From the NCBI GenBank assembly GCA_002633005.1, contig NMRA01000385.1, positions 65,839 through 129,838 of the forward strand: 64,000 nucleotides of DNA, in the 5' to 3' direction. A program made the position numbers and the translations under genes. Positions 13,550-26,726 of the stretch are shown here, piece after piece (positions within the stretch are counted from its first letter, which is position 1; every line of letters begins with the position of its first letter). The notes beneath the pieces are model-generated. The model was given only the letters and a program-made list of their open reading frames with translations, did not search any database and was not told the origin of the DNA. The stretch is from Phoronis australis. Taxonomy: Eukaryota > Animalia > Phoronida.

Positions 13550-13596
13550 GTCACACCTGTTTTCTCATTAATTTTCTTTTTAATTTTTTCCTGCAG

Positions 13597-13728
13597 ACAA
13601 GTTCCCAGTGACCAACCCTCAGACGTGGTCACCTAGCACCATTAACAGGAAGCTGCGTAAATATGGACAGGATGGTTACGGCTACAGAGGGGCACTGATT
13701 AACAAGCTCTTCCAGGCGATATATGGAA
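13597..13728 (+). CDS. exon, SAP-like motif (WSPSTINRKLRKYGQDGYGYRGALINKLF)
   Basis: ctgcag|, |gtatgt. Confidence 0.85.
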
Positions 13729-14667
13729 GTATGTCCAAGCATAACTCGTACGACACATTATTGTGTTTACATTTTGTGCCAGTGAATGAGAATTTAATGT
13801 TACGTGGAAAATTTAGTGCACAATTTGTCGGATAAATGGTATTTGATCATTTTCCCATTTTTTTCATAGATAAGTACTGGCATTGTTCTTAAAATTGCAA
13901 TGTTGAAAGCCTTCCAGTGTTCTTAAAATTGCTTGCATAGCACGCTATGTTGAAAGCCTGCCAGGAACATTGTCGTTTTTACGTTTGAAAAACACACTTT
14001 GTGGTTGTTGGATAGTCATTTCCAGAGCTATAAAACATTAAAAGCTGTGACGTGTTTTGTGGTTTTATTGCAAATCTACAATACTCGCTATTATCTGCAT
14101 GACATTTACTGAAATTTAGACCAATGACTTTACCAGTTACTATTATGCTTAAACACTGTCATTTATTGACTGCTCGTGAGCAGAGTGTTTGTCTGCCACA
14201 GAGAGGCTCCAGGCTCCAGTGTGTTCCAGTTTGTTTCATGAAAAGCGATTGAAGACAAGATTTAGGCTATGATTTGCTTCACAAATGATGAATAAAAAAA
14301 CAGTGCAGGTGGCCTTATTTCATTTGCGGTGCATCAGACATGTGCAGGTTTCATGGTGGGGCCTATTGCTCCAAACACTTGAGCTAAAAACACGAGAGCC
14401 CCATCATGGTTCTTCCTGAAGGAAGTTTTCAAATCTGCCTGTATCTTTTTAGAAAATGGACAGGTTTAGACATGTAATTGTTAGCACAACAGTCTAAAAA
14501 TAATTTCAGTTACCATTAGTTATGGGAATACTCTCTGAGACTGCACTTTTACTAAAGTTCGATATGGAGTGTAAGACCAGTGTTTCTAAAGCTTAAGTCA
14601 CTTTTCCTGAAGCACATTCCTTGGATAATTCATCTAGTTAGCACAAGAATAATTATATCTTTTCTAG

Positions 14668-14883
14668 AGTGTCCCCAATTCTTGGGTGGAATCATGACTG
14701 GTTTCAATGTCTATTGCGAGCCTCACTTCGACTGCATGGGTCTGACGTGTGCTGTCCCTGTTAAGTACATGTGTCTCCAACAATGGGTGAGACTGGATAC
14801 CCGTGTTGACCTCTGTGGGCCAAAGTTGGTCTTCAAAATTGGGTCTCCACCTAACCAGAAATCCATGGAAATGACATTTGCTG
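14668..14883 (+). CDS. exon, Cys-rich module (CPQF...CEPHFDCMGLTC...DLC)
   Basis: ttctag|, |gtgagt. Confidence 0.85.
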
Positions 14884-16038
14884 GTGAGTATAACATGGGG
14901 TAAACTGTACACTCCCTATTACATGTTCTCATGCAGCAGATACTACTTTCCATACTGGTATATGTCACCTATCTGATTCTCCTGGGCTGTACCTTTTATG
15001 TTAGTGGTTCGATGACATTAGAAATAAATACAAATGATGCAAGACACTAGAAGACAAAAAGTGATGCGCCGACCCCTCCCACAGACAGATTAAGGAGGTT
15101 TCCTGCGAGGCTGGGACACCCTATGGAACATATACGAATTGCTGTCAACAAGTCCCTTTAAATCTTTGGCAGATTTTTCTCCCCTCTACAACATCCTAGA
15201 TCTGCCACGCCACCTCTGGGCAAAGCATGAATATGTGTGGGTTCATGACATCAACTTACTGCATAGCCAAGCACAAGACAGATGAAGCACATTTAATTGT
15301 TATTTACTATATAATGGGAGAACAATTAATACGTGATGAATTTAATGAGTAAATATTACACAGTCATTTGAAAATTAATATCCCCATCTATTGTTAATGA
15401 TTTCAAAATTCATTTCCCGGATTAACTAGTTTTCAAATTGCAAAAGTGGTAATGTTTTAATGACATTAAAGTTTTTGCAGAAGGTGGAACCATCTGGTCC
15501 GTTTTGTTTGTTTCCTGTCTTGTAAACACATCCATGTTTGCGTATATATAGGTAATATATAAATTTCCTAATCACAAGGTACTGATGGTGCTACCTTGAG
15601 TATAACATATTAGCTCTTTAAGAAGGTTTTATTGAAAATCTGCAAAAGTGGATGGAAGCATGTTAAAGCCTCATGAGGCAACTACCGTACTGTCAAAAAC
15701 AATATTATGAAAATCAAAAAAAAAACTGTGGGATTCCTGCACCAAAACTGAGTGTATTTGGATGGAGAAGTGATCAGCTATGTTTCACAGAAGTGGTTCA
15801 CTTTAAACTGCATCTCAGTAAAAATACATCAAATGTATAGACTTGTACCACAGTTAGGTAAATTAAACAATTCTTTCCATTATGTATGTGGAGAAATGAG
15901 TTTGTACTATCTGATTGAACATACCCCTTGTGTCAGACTTTGGTACTTCCGGTGCCGTGTCTTACACACTAGGGAATTCTTTATCATGTTGGTATAGCTT
16001 GAAATCACTATAACTTGACAGTAATCTTTCTCGTATAC

Positions 16039-16730
16039 ATATTTCATTGAAGACACAGCTTTGATCTCTTTTAGGAATTCTTTCAAACTCTCTAAATAGA
16101 GCTTTTCTTTACATCACAACAGTGCAATAAAAATCCAAACTACATCACTAGGTAACATAATTTAAAAAGCGATATTTCGAGACACATATCTCATCTTCAG
16201 GCTACTATTTACAACTAGTTCACAGTGAAACGCACATCAGAAATGACAAATGCAATATAACTCATGAAGTTGGCATGCTTAACTATGACGATAAAAATAC
16301 ACATATATACTACATATGTTGCTGTGCATCAGATCACCTAAATAATGATAGAGTCCTTTGAGTGCCAGTTATCTGCTCATTCAAACTTGGTTCTTCAAAC
16401 AGTAGTAGAAGTGACTCTAATGTTCGTAACCTGTGTACATCATTTTCAATGTATCGAATGACTGTATTGTAAATAATACAGTCACTTCACGTGTTATATT
16501 GCATTTGTCATTTCTGATGTGTGTTTACTGTGAACTTAAGTTGTAAATAGTAGCCTGAAGATGAGATATGTGTTTTGAAATATCGCTTTATAAATTATGT
16601 TACCTAACTGATGTCGTTTGGATTTTTATTGCACTGTTGTGATGTAAAGACAAGATATCTATTTAGAGAGTTTGAAAGAAGTGAAATTAAACTCATAAAA
16701 ACAGATCAAAGTCGTGTGTTCAATGAAACA
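16039..16730. mobile_element. Foldback element with ~230-bp inverted arms
   Basis: 16039-16270 is the approximate reverse complement of 16485-16730. Confidence 0.75.
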
Positions 16731-17370
16731 TGTTGGTATAGGTGAACATCACACAGAAATCATGTGTGATAACCTAGAAGCTGCTCAATCATTCAGCAAA
16801 TTCTACAAAAATGAGACTAATCTCCAATATAATTCAAACTATGAAAAAAGAAATTCAATCTCACAAAGTTAAATCCTACTTTTATTAGAGGTTGCTCATT
16901 TGATTTCCTACAAAATTAGAATATCCCCAATATCTAGGTCAAATTTCCTGTTCGTGTTCATGGGACCAAGAGGCGCAAGGTTTATCACCAGCAACTAGCG
17001 AAAAAAGTGGTTCTGAGATAAAATAAACATTTAACAATTCTTAACTCACTGTCACATACACTGCAATTATTGTTTTCAAAGGTGAAAGTCAATCGGCCAA
17101 TATTTTTTGCAAAACCTCTTAAACCATGTGCATTTCTATGTGACCACATATTTTATAAACATCATCCCGCCATCTGTCGCTACCTTTGCGTGTCCATTGC
17201 TTAGGTATCAAAATCGTTTAACTAGTCATGGTGAAATTTAGAACAAAGTTATGTTGGGTTGTCTTGGCATCAAAGTCTTTGTGGTGCTGTTATGGGCATT
17301 TTTCAATGGTTTGCATTGCTCTTGATTTGTTGTGCGGGTTCTAAGTTTTTCTGGTTCCGTTTTATTTCAG

Positions 17371-17592
17371 AAAAAATCAAAGAGATTGACGTGGATGTGA
17401 GCACCACAATGGATGCCATGGTCGCCAAGTTCCAGTTCAATGTGACAGCCAACAGCAGTCACATTTATCTAATTGGCAAGACACAGCTCTGTTCTTCTTT
17501 CATGACCACGTGTATCCCCGACACGTTCATCTTCAAGAACATCACGTTCAATATCCCGCCATTTGCTGACTTGAAGTGTAACATCAACAGTG
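17371..17592 (+). CDS. exon (EKIKEIDVDV...LC...TC...KCNINS)
   Basis: tttcag|, |gtacgt. Confidence 0.85.
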
Positions 17593-17658
17593 GTACGTTG
17601 TCATATTCTAGACCATCTATATTCATATCATTCAATTTTGTTGAAAATGCAGCATTAA

Positions 17659-19285
17659 AGGAGAATGCCACCCAAAAAACAACCTATTTTGTATCAATTT
17701 AGATCAAGTAGCTATACTCGATAACAGCACGTTCGGTTGCGTTACCTGACACCTGACGGCAGTCGGAGGTGTTGAAATTATCCAATGACATCATTGGTTT
17801 CACACGCAGTCTGTTCAGCAGTTCACAACACGGGTTATTGGTGTCTGCTTATCGCTTGAATTCATCGTTTAAGGTACAAAAATCAACAAACTTCGATGTA
17901 AAACCCTTAAAAATACACCAAGTTCTTAACAGTTATATTTCGCTGTTACAGATTTATTGGTATTTAGACACACCGTAGCCTACAAAGTGCGGCAGGCCAA
18001 TTTATCAAGGTCCGTAGCAGGAGTTTGGGGTCTGTTCGGAGTAGTCTTCCATGAAATACAGACATGAGAACCTTGATCTGTGTTGTTTATACTTATTTTT
18101 TTAGTTTTAAACACACAGAACGTTTGTTATCCTGGCCAGTGGCTTGGAACCCGATCAGGCCCGTTGCGGCCGGACTGACTCGTTATCCCGGCCAGTGGCT
18201 CGGAACCCAATCAGGCCCATCGCAGCGGCCGGGACTGGCACAAACATAAACCAGCTTGAGTTGGAAACTAAACCTCCAGTCACGAAAAGACTATAGTGAG
18301 CCAAAGAAATAATGTGCAAGTAATTATTTATGTGAATTAGCCACGAAACTGAAAATCTACTTATTTGTCCATGCAGTCGGGGGCTGCGAAGTCGGGTTCC
18401 CCTTCCACAGACCATCAGGGCAAAGGTTGTACAGTAACAATGATTGGAATAATGTATTTGTATTTCTAAATAAAGATTCCCCTAACATGTGACCATAGCA
18501 TATGAAATCGCTTTCTGTCAGCAAACACTGAATTAGCATGCGCCGCTCACACGGCCTCGGTGCCCAGTCAATTACCTTTGTTGCCCGCATCAAAAGCCAG
18601 TAATGCGGTGGTTGATTCATTGTTGGCTTCTCAACATTTGCACTGACGAATACTAATGAGACAGACTTTGTTTCAGTTTCATATAAGCATATATGCATTG
18701 GTTAGGATGAGAATAATTCATTTTGAAACAGAACGCAGAATAATAAATGTCTACATGGCAACTCGCCCGGCGCCAGTCCCGACTTAGTCAAGAGCTCATC
18801 TGACCGGAATACACCATTGATCAAGAAATACTAGAGAGGCGCCGTGAACTTGCACAGGCAGCGGAACGTATGGATAATTCTTTGGTAAGCCGGAATTCGT
18901 CAGAGAAATCCCTGTTGACCGAAATGCTGGCCACTGACACGGAGATGTTTCACGGCCTCATACTTGCTATTAACAGCGTTCCTTTCATTCTTCACTACCG
19001 CGAACCAATTCCTATTAAAGCATTTCGGGCTCTCGAGTAAGTCGAAAAAACGATATACGCTCTTTCTTCGCAGCGTCATAGTTCGGACAAGTGGGAACGA
19101 TGCACCGCAATATAGTGGCATTCACTCTGCAGACGAACCACTGACGTCGCTGCGTCGTTTCTCACCTTCCTCACAGGTTAATGCGACACCTCTCGGCAAG
19201 TTGAGGTCGACCGTATAAGAGGCTATGTGGATATAGATCGATTAAGACGGTAAAAAAGACTAATTAAATCGGGTGCCATTCTCCT
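17659..19285 (+). mobile_element. Kolobok-like non-autonomous DNA transposon, copy 1
   Basis: TTAA|aggagaatgccaccc...gggtgccattctcct|TTAA (TIRs, TTAA TSD, RR ends). Confidence 0.75.
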
Positions 19286-19796
19286 TTAACCGTGTCAAAT
19301 AGCTACAATAATTCTCTGCTGTGCATAGTATTCAGGGGCATGTAAGAATTAGGCTGAAGTGTTTGCATACCTGGTTTATTGGCCTAAGTGCGCCGTACAT
19401 TCACCAAACTACCATAATTCAAGATGAGACTTGGTCCATAAAGCTGTGGTAGGTTTAGCTGATGTACAACTTGTGTCATCCCAATGTTCTCAAAATGGGC
19501 CGAATGCTAGTTACGAACCACTTTAAAGCAGTTGCAGATGTATTTAATGTAGTTGCATTTACCATGCCTCAAAGAGAAACTGCTTTTCATTTCATTATTT
19601 TTAATTACTGTTTGAGCGTTGTCCAGTACTTGCTTTGTGCAGCCCATTTGCTTTTTGTTACAGCATAATATAGGCTTTCAGAAATGTGGGTATTTGTTAT
19701 TTTCACAATCTTCATTTCTTGGACATTTAGTCTCTTGTTTATGTCACCATGTTAGTCATCTGTTGTGGGATGATTTTGTTGCCATGTCCCTTTCAG

Positions 19797-19942
19797 ACGG
19801 TGAGTCAGACAATGCTTTAAATGCCCGTGGTATGCAAGCTCTGCCGTTGGTTGATTTGACGACAGAACTCATACTGTGCGGAGAGAAGAGCAGTGAGATT
19901 ATGCGACTGATGAACGAGATCCGAGATGCCATAGCTTCCAAT
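19797..19942 (+). CDS. exon (DGESDNAL...AIASN)
   Basis: tttcag|, |gtaaga. Confidence 0.8.
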
Positions 19943-20388
19943 GTAAGACATTACTAACTCATAGTGTTTGTGAAAAATTGGATTATTGACTTTTTACAAA
20001 TCTGCCATTCAATTATTTGCATTACCATGTCTTTTGAGTAAAATTCAACAAAAAGAATCTTATGGTACATTTTGATCAAAACAAGTGAATCAACAATTTT
20101 TTACCAAATTTTATTTTATATAGATTTTCAAGATGAGATCTCAAAAAACCTGTTACTTTTTTTTCTAAAATATTTTGTTTTTATTTTATGCAAATGTTTG
20201 CATGAAAATCATAAAAGTTCTATTTTTGATAGCTATTGAAAAAAGTGGAACGTTTTAAAAAGAATTTATACCAATGCTTTGGAGAATAGTGCAAAAGGCA
20301 TAGTATTTGTAAGATGTTCAAAGTTGACCAAATTTTGACATTTTATAGGGTCCTACACAATCCCAATGTCATACTTGTGTCTTTCTAG

Positions 20389-20554
20389 ATGAACGTGGTC
20401 GAATATCTCGTAACTGCCGTGTTTGGAACAGCAGGGGAATTCCCTGGTGGCTCAGAGTTTTGTCTATCTGGTCAGGTTCCTGTGCCGACCAAGGACATTA
20501 CATTCTTTGAATACCAATGGCGATTCATGGCAGGCCCTATTCCAATCAAAGTCG
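20389..20554 (+). CDS. exon (MNVVEYL...FMAGPIPIKV)
   Basis: ttctag|, |gtgagt. Confidence 0.85.
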
Positions 20555-21629
20555 GTGAGTTATTTCATGTCAAGTAAAATTCACATGTTATTAACGTTTT
20601 TCTGACAGTGGTGGTATTGTATTGTGACGGATACCAAGTTCTCAGTACATGGCTGTCTATAAGGCACACAAAGCTGGTGAAGCCTTTGCCAATACGTTTT
20701 ACTTAACATTTTTTAGTAAAACGAACTTTAAGATGTCGGTAAGCACTCGTCTAGTTAATGTTATTTTCAAATCATTCAAATTTTTCCTGAAGACACTTTG
20801 GGTCCTGTTTTGACCTTGGGCACATGATTGTGTCCATGAACTTTGAACTCTGCTTAAGCCGTAATTGTAATGAACTCTACCACGATAACTGTCTTTTGTG
20901 AACTTCTGATTGGCTGGATTTTTTTCCTTGGAAAAACATTTTAAGCTAGCATTAAGGCAACGGGATTTGTTTATTTTGCAATATTTTAAGCATGGGAGAA
21001 GATGATTGTACAGATTGTCAACAACAGTAGGGTTAATGCTGTCACTAGACTAAAGAGACCTCTGTTGGATGTTTGCTAGCTATTGTTATTGTCAACTTTC
21101 GGGTCCTGTGACACAATTGTGGGATTTCAAAAGGATTTGTTGCTTTAACTCTTTCACTGCCAAATGTGCTTTTTGGCAACTTAACCGTTCACTGCAAAGT
21201 GCTCTAATTTGCATGTTGGGTATTTGCCCATTCTTTACCTAACAAATTATAAATTTCATGGCAGATAACTGTCAGTTTGGTGACATCATATCACAATATG
21301 GCAGGTTTATGTAATCTTGACTACCAGACTGTCCATTACCGATATTTTAACTCAAATACAAAAAATCTGATTGGGTATTCATTAGTTAAATGTGTTTCAA
21401 CCAAAACTATGTCCACTTAACTTCATTTACTTTATACTCATTCAATAGTAATTGCACCTTATTTTCCAAGTTCACACTTAATTTGTTTTGCATTGATAAA
21501 TGCAATTCTAAATTATTTAAATAAACTTGTTGGTGAGTTACGTTAATGTCTCCATCTCTTGCTGCAGTATTGTTGAATTGAGAGGAATATCTGCTACAAC
21601 TACGGCTAAGCTTAAATTTTGTGTTCTAG

Positions 21630-21858
21630 AATTTGGAGCCGGTGGTTCTTTAGGAGCTTACATGGGTATCAAACTGTGCATAATGAGTATGCGTGCAGAG
21701 GTCACAGCCATCCCATGGTGTGGTGCTAAAGTCTGGGGCTCCGTCGCCATCTCGTTGGGAATCATTGAGGCTGGGGCTAAACTCATTGGATACCTCATCG
21801 AGACACAGTTCCCCAGTATTGCCAATGTTGGCTTCCAACAGTTCCCTCTTGATCTCAG
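21630..21858 (+). CDS. exon, Gly-rich beta region (EFGAGGSLGAYMGIKLC...FPLDL)
   Basis: ttctag|, |gtaggt. Confidence 0.85.
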
Positions 21859-23014
21859 GTAGGTTACACATGCATCATAAATCATTAATCCCCTTCACTT
21901 TTCCGTCATTTTCACCTGTTGACAGTCTGTAAGAGCACCAGGATTACTGTGCAGATATGATCATCTCAACTGTTTCCTAATATCTTTTAATGAACAGCGT
22001 ACTTTTGTTATTCAGTGTATTGCTTTTCTTGCAAACTGCACATCCTTTGTCATTAATTAGGCTTATCTCTATTCTAGTGTTTGAAACTGCTCATTCTTTT
22101 CTCGCGAACGGCATTTGCTCTTTGCCTGTCACAAGATATGACTAGTTGCAGGTGCTTGACACCTTATAGCACACGCCTGGTCCTCGAAGTTGATTTGCAA
22201 AATCTCATTTATTATTACTTTATTATGCATCCAATTTGCCTGGTTTTAAATAGAATACAAAATAAGAGTACTATTTGGACAAAATACCATTTTTCATCAC
22301 ACCCAGCTAGTTTTGTTAACAACAAAAACGATTGGTAATGACTATTATGGCATCAAAATTCTTATTACTGACTGGCTGAGGCAGCTTACAAATTTGCCTG
22401 TTTTCCCTTTCCTTGTCAATCATCAGGAGAGACTATACTCTGACTATGAATTCATCTTCCACCTATCCATCATGATGTATGAATAATTTTGACTTCTTGT
22501 TGCATTTTAATATCATGGTACACTTATTGTTCATTTTCATGTTATGAGTAATTTTAAAAAGTGTCCGAATTTTGATGTTTCACAAATAGATGAATAGATT
22601 CTGCTAAAACTAACAAAAACGAGTTGTGGGATTTTGCAATTTTCTTTTGCTTACTGTTTTTTAATAACTTAGTTTTGCATAAGGTATTATTGAAAATTGG
22701 GACTGAAAATTCACAAAAATTGAGAAGTTGCATGGATCAAAAGCACAGATCATTTGGAAAATCTGTTTCTGCATGTTTTAATGTCACCTTGAATGTTATA
22801 TTATTGTTTTGTGCTTCTATTTTAAAATTTCCTAGATATTTGTCTAGATGCGCATACTTGCTGAAGATGTTTTTCCACAACATTAAGATCCCAATCATAA
22901 AAAACATACTGTAAAAAGAAATATGGCTACTTTTATTGGTGAAAAACTTGAACTGGAAGTCTTTTTCATCAATTCTCACTTGCTTAGTAGTATACAATTC
23001 ACTGTTATTTCCAG

Positions 23015-23249
23015 TGGAGGTATGGATTTGGTACTGACGCCATTACGAATAGAGCTGATGGCCTTTGTGGAAGTCCATCTATTTGTCACAACTGAAACAA
23101 TCTGGGAGGGCTTCATCTGGAAATTTGCCACCAAACCAATCACAATGAACATGTTTACCATAAAGAAGGCAGAGGAGGACAAGTCGGCACCTCAGTTCCA
23201 GGGTGCTTCAAGTGCCACCAAAACAAGACGTTCTGGTCAACCTTGCAAG
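23015..23249 (+). CDS. exon (GGMDLVLTPLRIEL...KTRRSGQPCK)
   Basis: ttccag|, |gtatgg. Confidence 0.85.
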
Positions 23250-24399
23250 GTATGGTGCACTTTAAACTAAATAACAATCCACAGCATGTTGTGCTACTTC
23301 CATTAATATTCTACTTCATGTTGATCGTCACTTAGGCAATGAAATGAAGAACGAATTACTTAAATTAGTCACATTCAGTTCAGTCAAGTAAATGTCAAAT
23401 TCTGCAGAAACTTGGCCATAGAGAGTGATCTGGCTAGGTACACAAAGATTTTTTTGTAAAACACTTTGCAGTTGGCCCAATAAACAGTGGTCTTGTGCTA
23501 AAAACACCAGTTATATTCACAGATGAATTCTGTTTTTCCAAAGCAATATGTTCACATTCCTATCTTTTTGAATTAATGGTTACAATAAATCCCTAGCAAC
23601 TCCCCTGTCTGCCATATTGCCTTAGAAACTGAAACTAAGCCGCCGTGATAAGTAACTAAATGAGCCAGGTCTGAGTGATGTGTCAGTGCCACCTACTGTA
23701 CAAGATGGAAACTATTTACACAAAATACTGTTTACTCATCACAACGTCTTATTCTATTAACAACAAAAATGACTAGCAGGTATAACTATTAGGGTGCCAA
23801 AATTCTGATTACAGAATTGCTTAACCATAGTACTTTAATTCCCTTTATTCTTGGTCATGGGGATCTGCTCTGATGATGAATCTGGCCATCACCCAGCTGT
23901 TATGCCGAGGAATTACGAGTCATTTTTTACTACATTTGGCTTGCACTGTAAATCATTTCTTTTCTGGGTGAGGAGCAAGACCAGACAAATTATATAACTG
24001 CAGACAGCAAGTGCATAGCCTTAATCAGCAGTTTGTGTTTGACAGTAGGTTTAATGTGTTTGCTGCTCTTTAAGTGGATAAAGTTTAAAAAAGTGGCTAG
24101 CGTAACAGCCTGGAGAAGCCTCAGTCAGTATTTATGTGGCTTACCTGCATTGTCTGAGAGATGATTGATTCTAGTACACGCGAAAGAATGTGAATACATC
24201 ATTCACTAGAAATCAGTATGTCAACATAGTGCTTGCTATGCAAGACGGAATTCATGGCACACTCTGCCGAGCAAAATGACGGAGAAGTAAAATATGTTAC
24301 CTGCATGTACAGCTCCATATTAGTTAGAAAATTCATGTTGGCTTTTTTGAGTGGGCTTTAACTTTTCATGTTAACTGGAAACTAATGTAAGATCTTCTC

Positions 24400-25470
24400 T
24401 TAACAATGTTGCTCTTTGACCAAAATAGTAGCAAGTCTTACCACAAGCACGCACGTGAAGGTTGACATAGCCAAGTCCTACGTTTCGATTTATTACAAAC
24501 AAACCAGTAGTACGAGAGCATCAAATCAAACAGGTAGGATAGTTTTGTTCCTAAAAACATTAATGTTCAAAGTACGTCCCGAAAAGGATGGGTGCATCAC
24601 AAACTCCGTTTCCAGAGATAAAAAGGAGACTGTATGTAGGCAAAATAAAGGTCATAATGATTGATAACGGTACAGAAATATGAGTGTAAAATAATGAGTC
24701 AATATAAAATAATAATCTCTTGAAAGATGGGCAATAAAAAGCACCACAAGAGATGTTGAAGACAGCTCATGCCCATACATAAAGTAGGACTCTTTAACAC
24801 ACTTGTAAATCATGCTTTCAAAATATGCAGTAATTCGGATCTGTTCGATCAAGACTTACAGTTCCTTGAAAATGTTCTGACTAGAAATTGCTATCCTAAA
24901 CTATTTTTCAAGTCGTGTGTTGGTAGATTCTTACACAGTAGGATTGTCCTTAGACCTGTTACTGACAACCCTGATCATCAAAAACTGTTTTTGAATATAC
25001 CATACTTGGATAACAACAACTTCTGAAAAGACAGATTGGACAGAATGCTTAATGTCATTGCACCTCATGTTAAATTGTTTACCATAATCAAGCCTTAATA
25101 CTGAGTTGATTCACTATATATCCAAACTTAAATCACTGTTTGCAAAAAAGTCGTGTAGTATACCAGATTAATTGTAATGATTGTGAACAATTTTACTTTG
25201 GTATGACTAACAGAATTTTGTGTAATAGCTACAAATATGCTAAGGATAATCATAATGCTGTCCTAAATCATTCATTAAAGAGTGGTCATAATATTGCTTG
25301 TTCTGATGTCAGTGTCCTTGACGGAGACAGCCACTGTATGAAGTTGCTTATAAAAGAGGTTTTTCACATAAGGGAGAAACTTGCTGAGCATTGCCTAAAC
25401 ACTCAGGAACATTGGAGCTCTCAGTCTCCAACTGTGGTGATTGGTGTTGTCCTGTTTCCAGCATATTTCT
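24400..25470 (+). mobile_element. Decayed Penelope-like element (RT C-terminus plus GIY-YIG endonuclease)
   Basis: TLVNHAFKICS...NCYP; VVYQINCNDCEQFYFGMTNR; LLIKEVFHI; disrupted by stops and frameshifts. Confidence 0.85.
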
Positions 25471-25594
25471 CTCACTATTCATTTGGACATGGTTCTGAGC
25501 AGTGTGTATACTGTTTTCTGATTTGTTTGATTTGATGCTGCCGTGCTACTTCTTGAAGATGGTTTGTTTTGTAATACAACCCTCTCTTGCTTAG

Positions 25595-25723
25595 GTTGGC
25601 CAACTTACTGATCTGGATGTGACAGACACCCAGTTTGAACTGGAGGTGGATGCTGAGGATGAAAACAGTGAAGTGACAATGCATTATGCTGTGGGCACTT
25701 ATAAAGGTGGAACAAACGTAATA
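25595..25723 (+). CDS. exon, FN3-like (VGQLTD...YAVGTYKGGTNVI)
   Basis: gcttag|, |gtaagt. Confidence 0.85.
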
Positions 25724-26217
25724 GTAAGTTACCTGTTTTTCATTGTCTCGTTATCTAGATTTGGTATTCTTGAATGTTCATTTTATCTGTTGATATAGCT
25801 ATAGATGTGAAAATAGATGATGAGAAATCTGTCACTTTATGTATATTTGCTAAAAATAGATCTTAGAAGGCCATCCATTACTGTTTTCACGAGTTTACTA
25901 AATGTATGCTTTAGGGGAAAAGGATCAAGGACTGCTGCTGGCATATGATCCTGACATTATGAAAATTTTGAAAATGGTGAAACAATCATTTGTTTTTATG
26001 TGGCCTCATTTCTCTGATGGGGCGCCATGGCACATTTGTAATGGCTGTCGTGTGCAGTGATAGAAATCTGGTATGCTCATTCATGATATTTGAATATTTT
26101 CAACATTTTTTATACTTTCCAGGTGACAGGCTCCAGAGAAGTGTATGTTTTGCATGCTCGTGGAAATGTTTGTTTTATTGCATGTTATTTATATTTTCTT
26201 GACTTGTCTTATTTTAG

Positions 26218-26420
26218 GGCTGGACTCAAATGGCTGCTACCAATACTCTGGTAGAGGCCAAGATGCCTGGTGGCATACCTCTCTACTTTACTGTGAGGGC
26301 CAAGAACGAACAAGGGATGGAGGCCTTGGCTCAGTGTCAGCTGGAGACATTTGATAGCACTTTACCTGAGGGACGAGTAAATATGTTGTATTTGTACTCG
26401 GCTAACCCTAAGGTCATTCA
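26218..26420 (+). CDS. exon, FN3-like (GWTQM...LYFTVRAKNEQG...DSTLPEG)
   Basis: ttttag|, |gtaagt. Confidence 0.85.
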
Positions 26421-26650
26421 GTAAGTATTTTGTGTACACTCAGCTAACCTGGAGCCATCCAGAAAGTGTTGTTCAGTATAGTTATCTGTATCCATTTAAC
26501 TGGTGTCATTCAATAAAAATGTCTTTAGTCAACTAGCCATGAACTGTGCTGACTTGTCATTCAGTATTATAATATCTTTATTGCATTAACTAATTAGTGG
26601 AATCACAAGTGGTAATTTTAGTGGTCAGAATCTAAGTGTCATGTGTTAAA

Positions 26651-26726
26651 CATGGGCGGCACACCATACACCATAGTGGCCTGGGGGGCTATATTCCCCA
26701 CTTATTTCAGTGCTGCACCACCCATG
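26651..26726. mobile_element. ~75-bp MITE catgggcgg...cccatg with 5-bp TSD (ttaaa)
   Basis: Related copies at 10253-10322 and 49029-49165. Confidence 0.6.
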
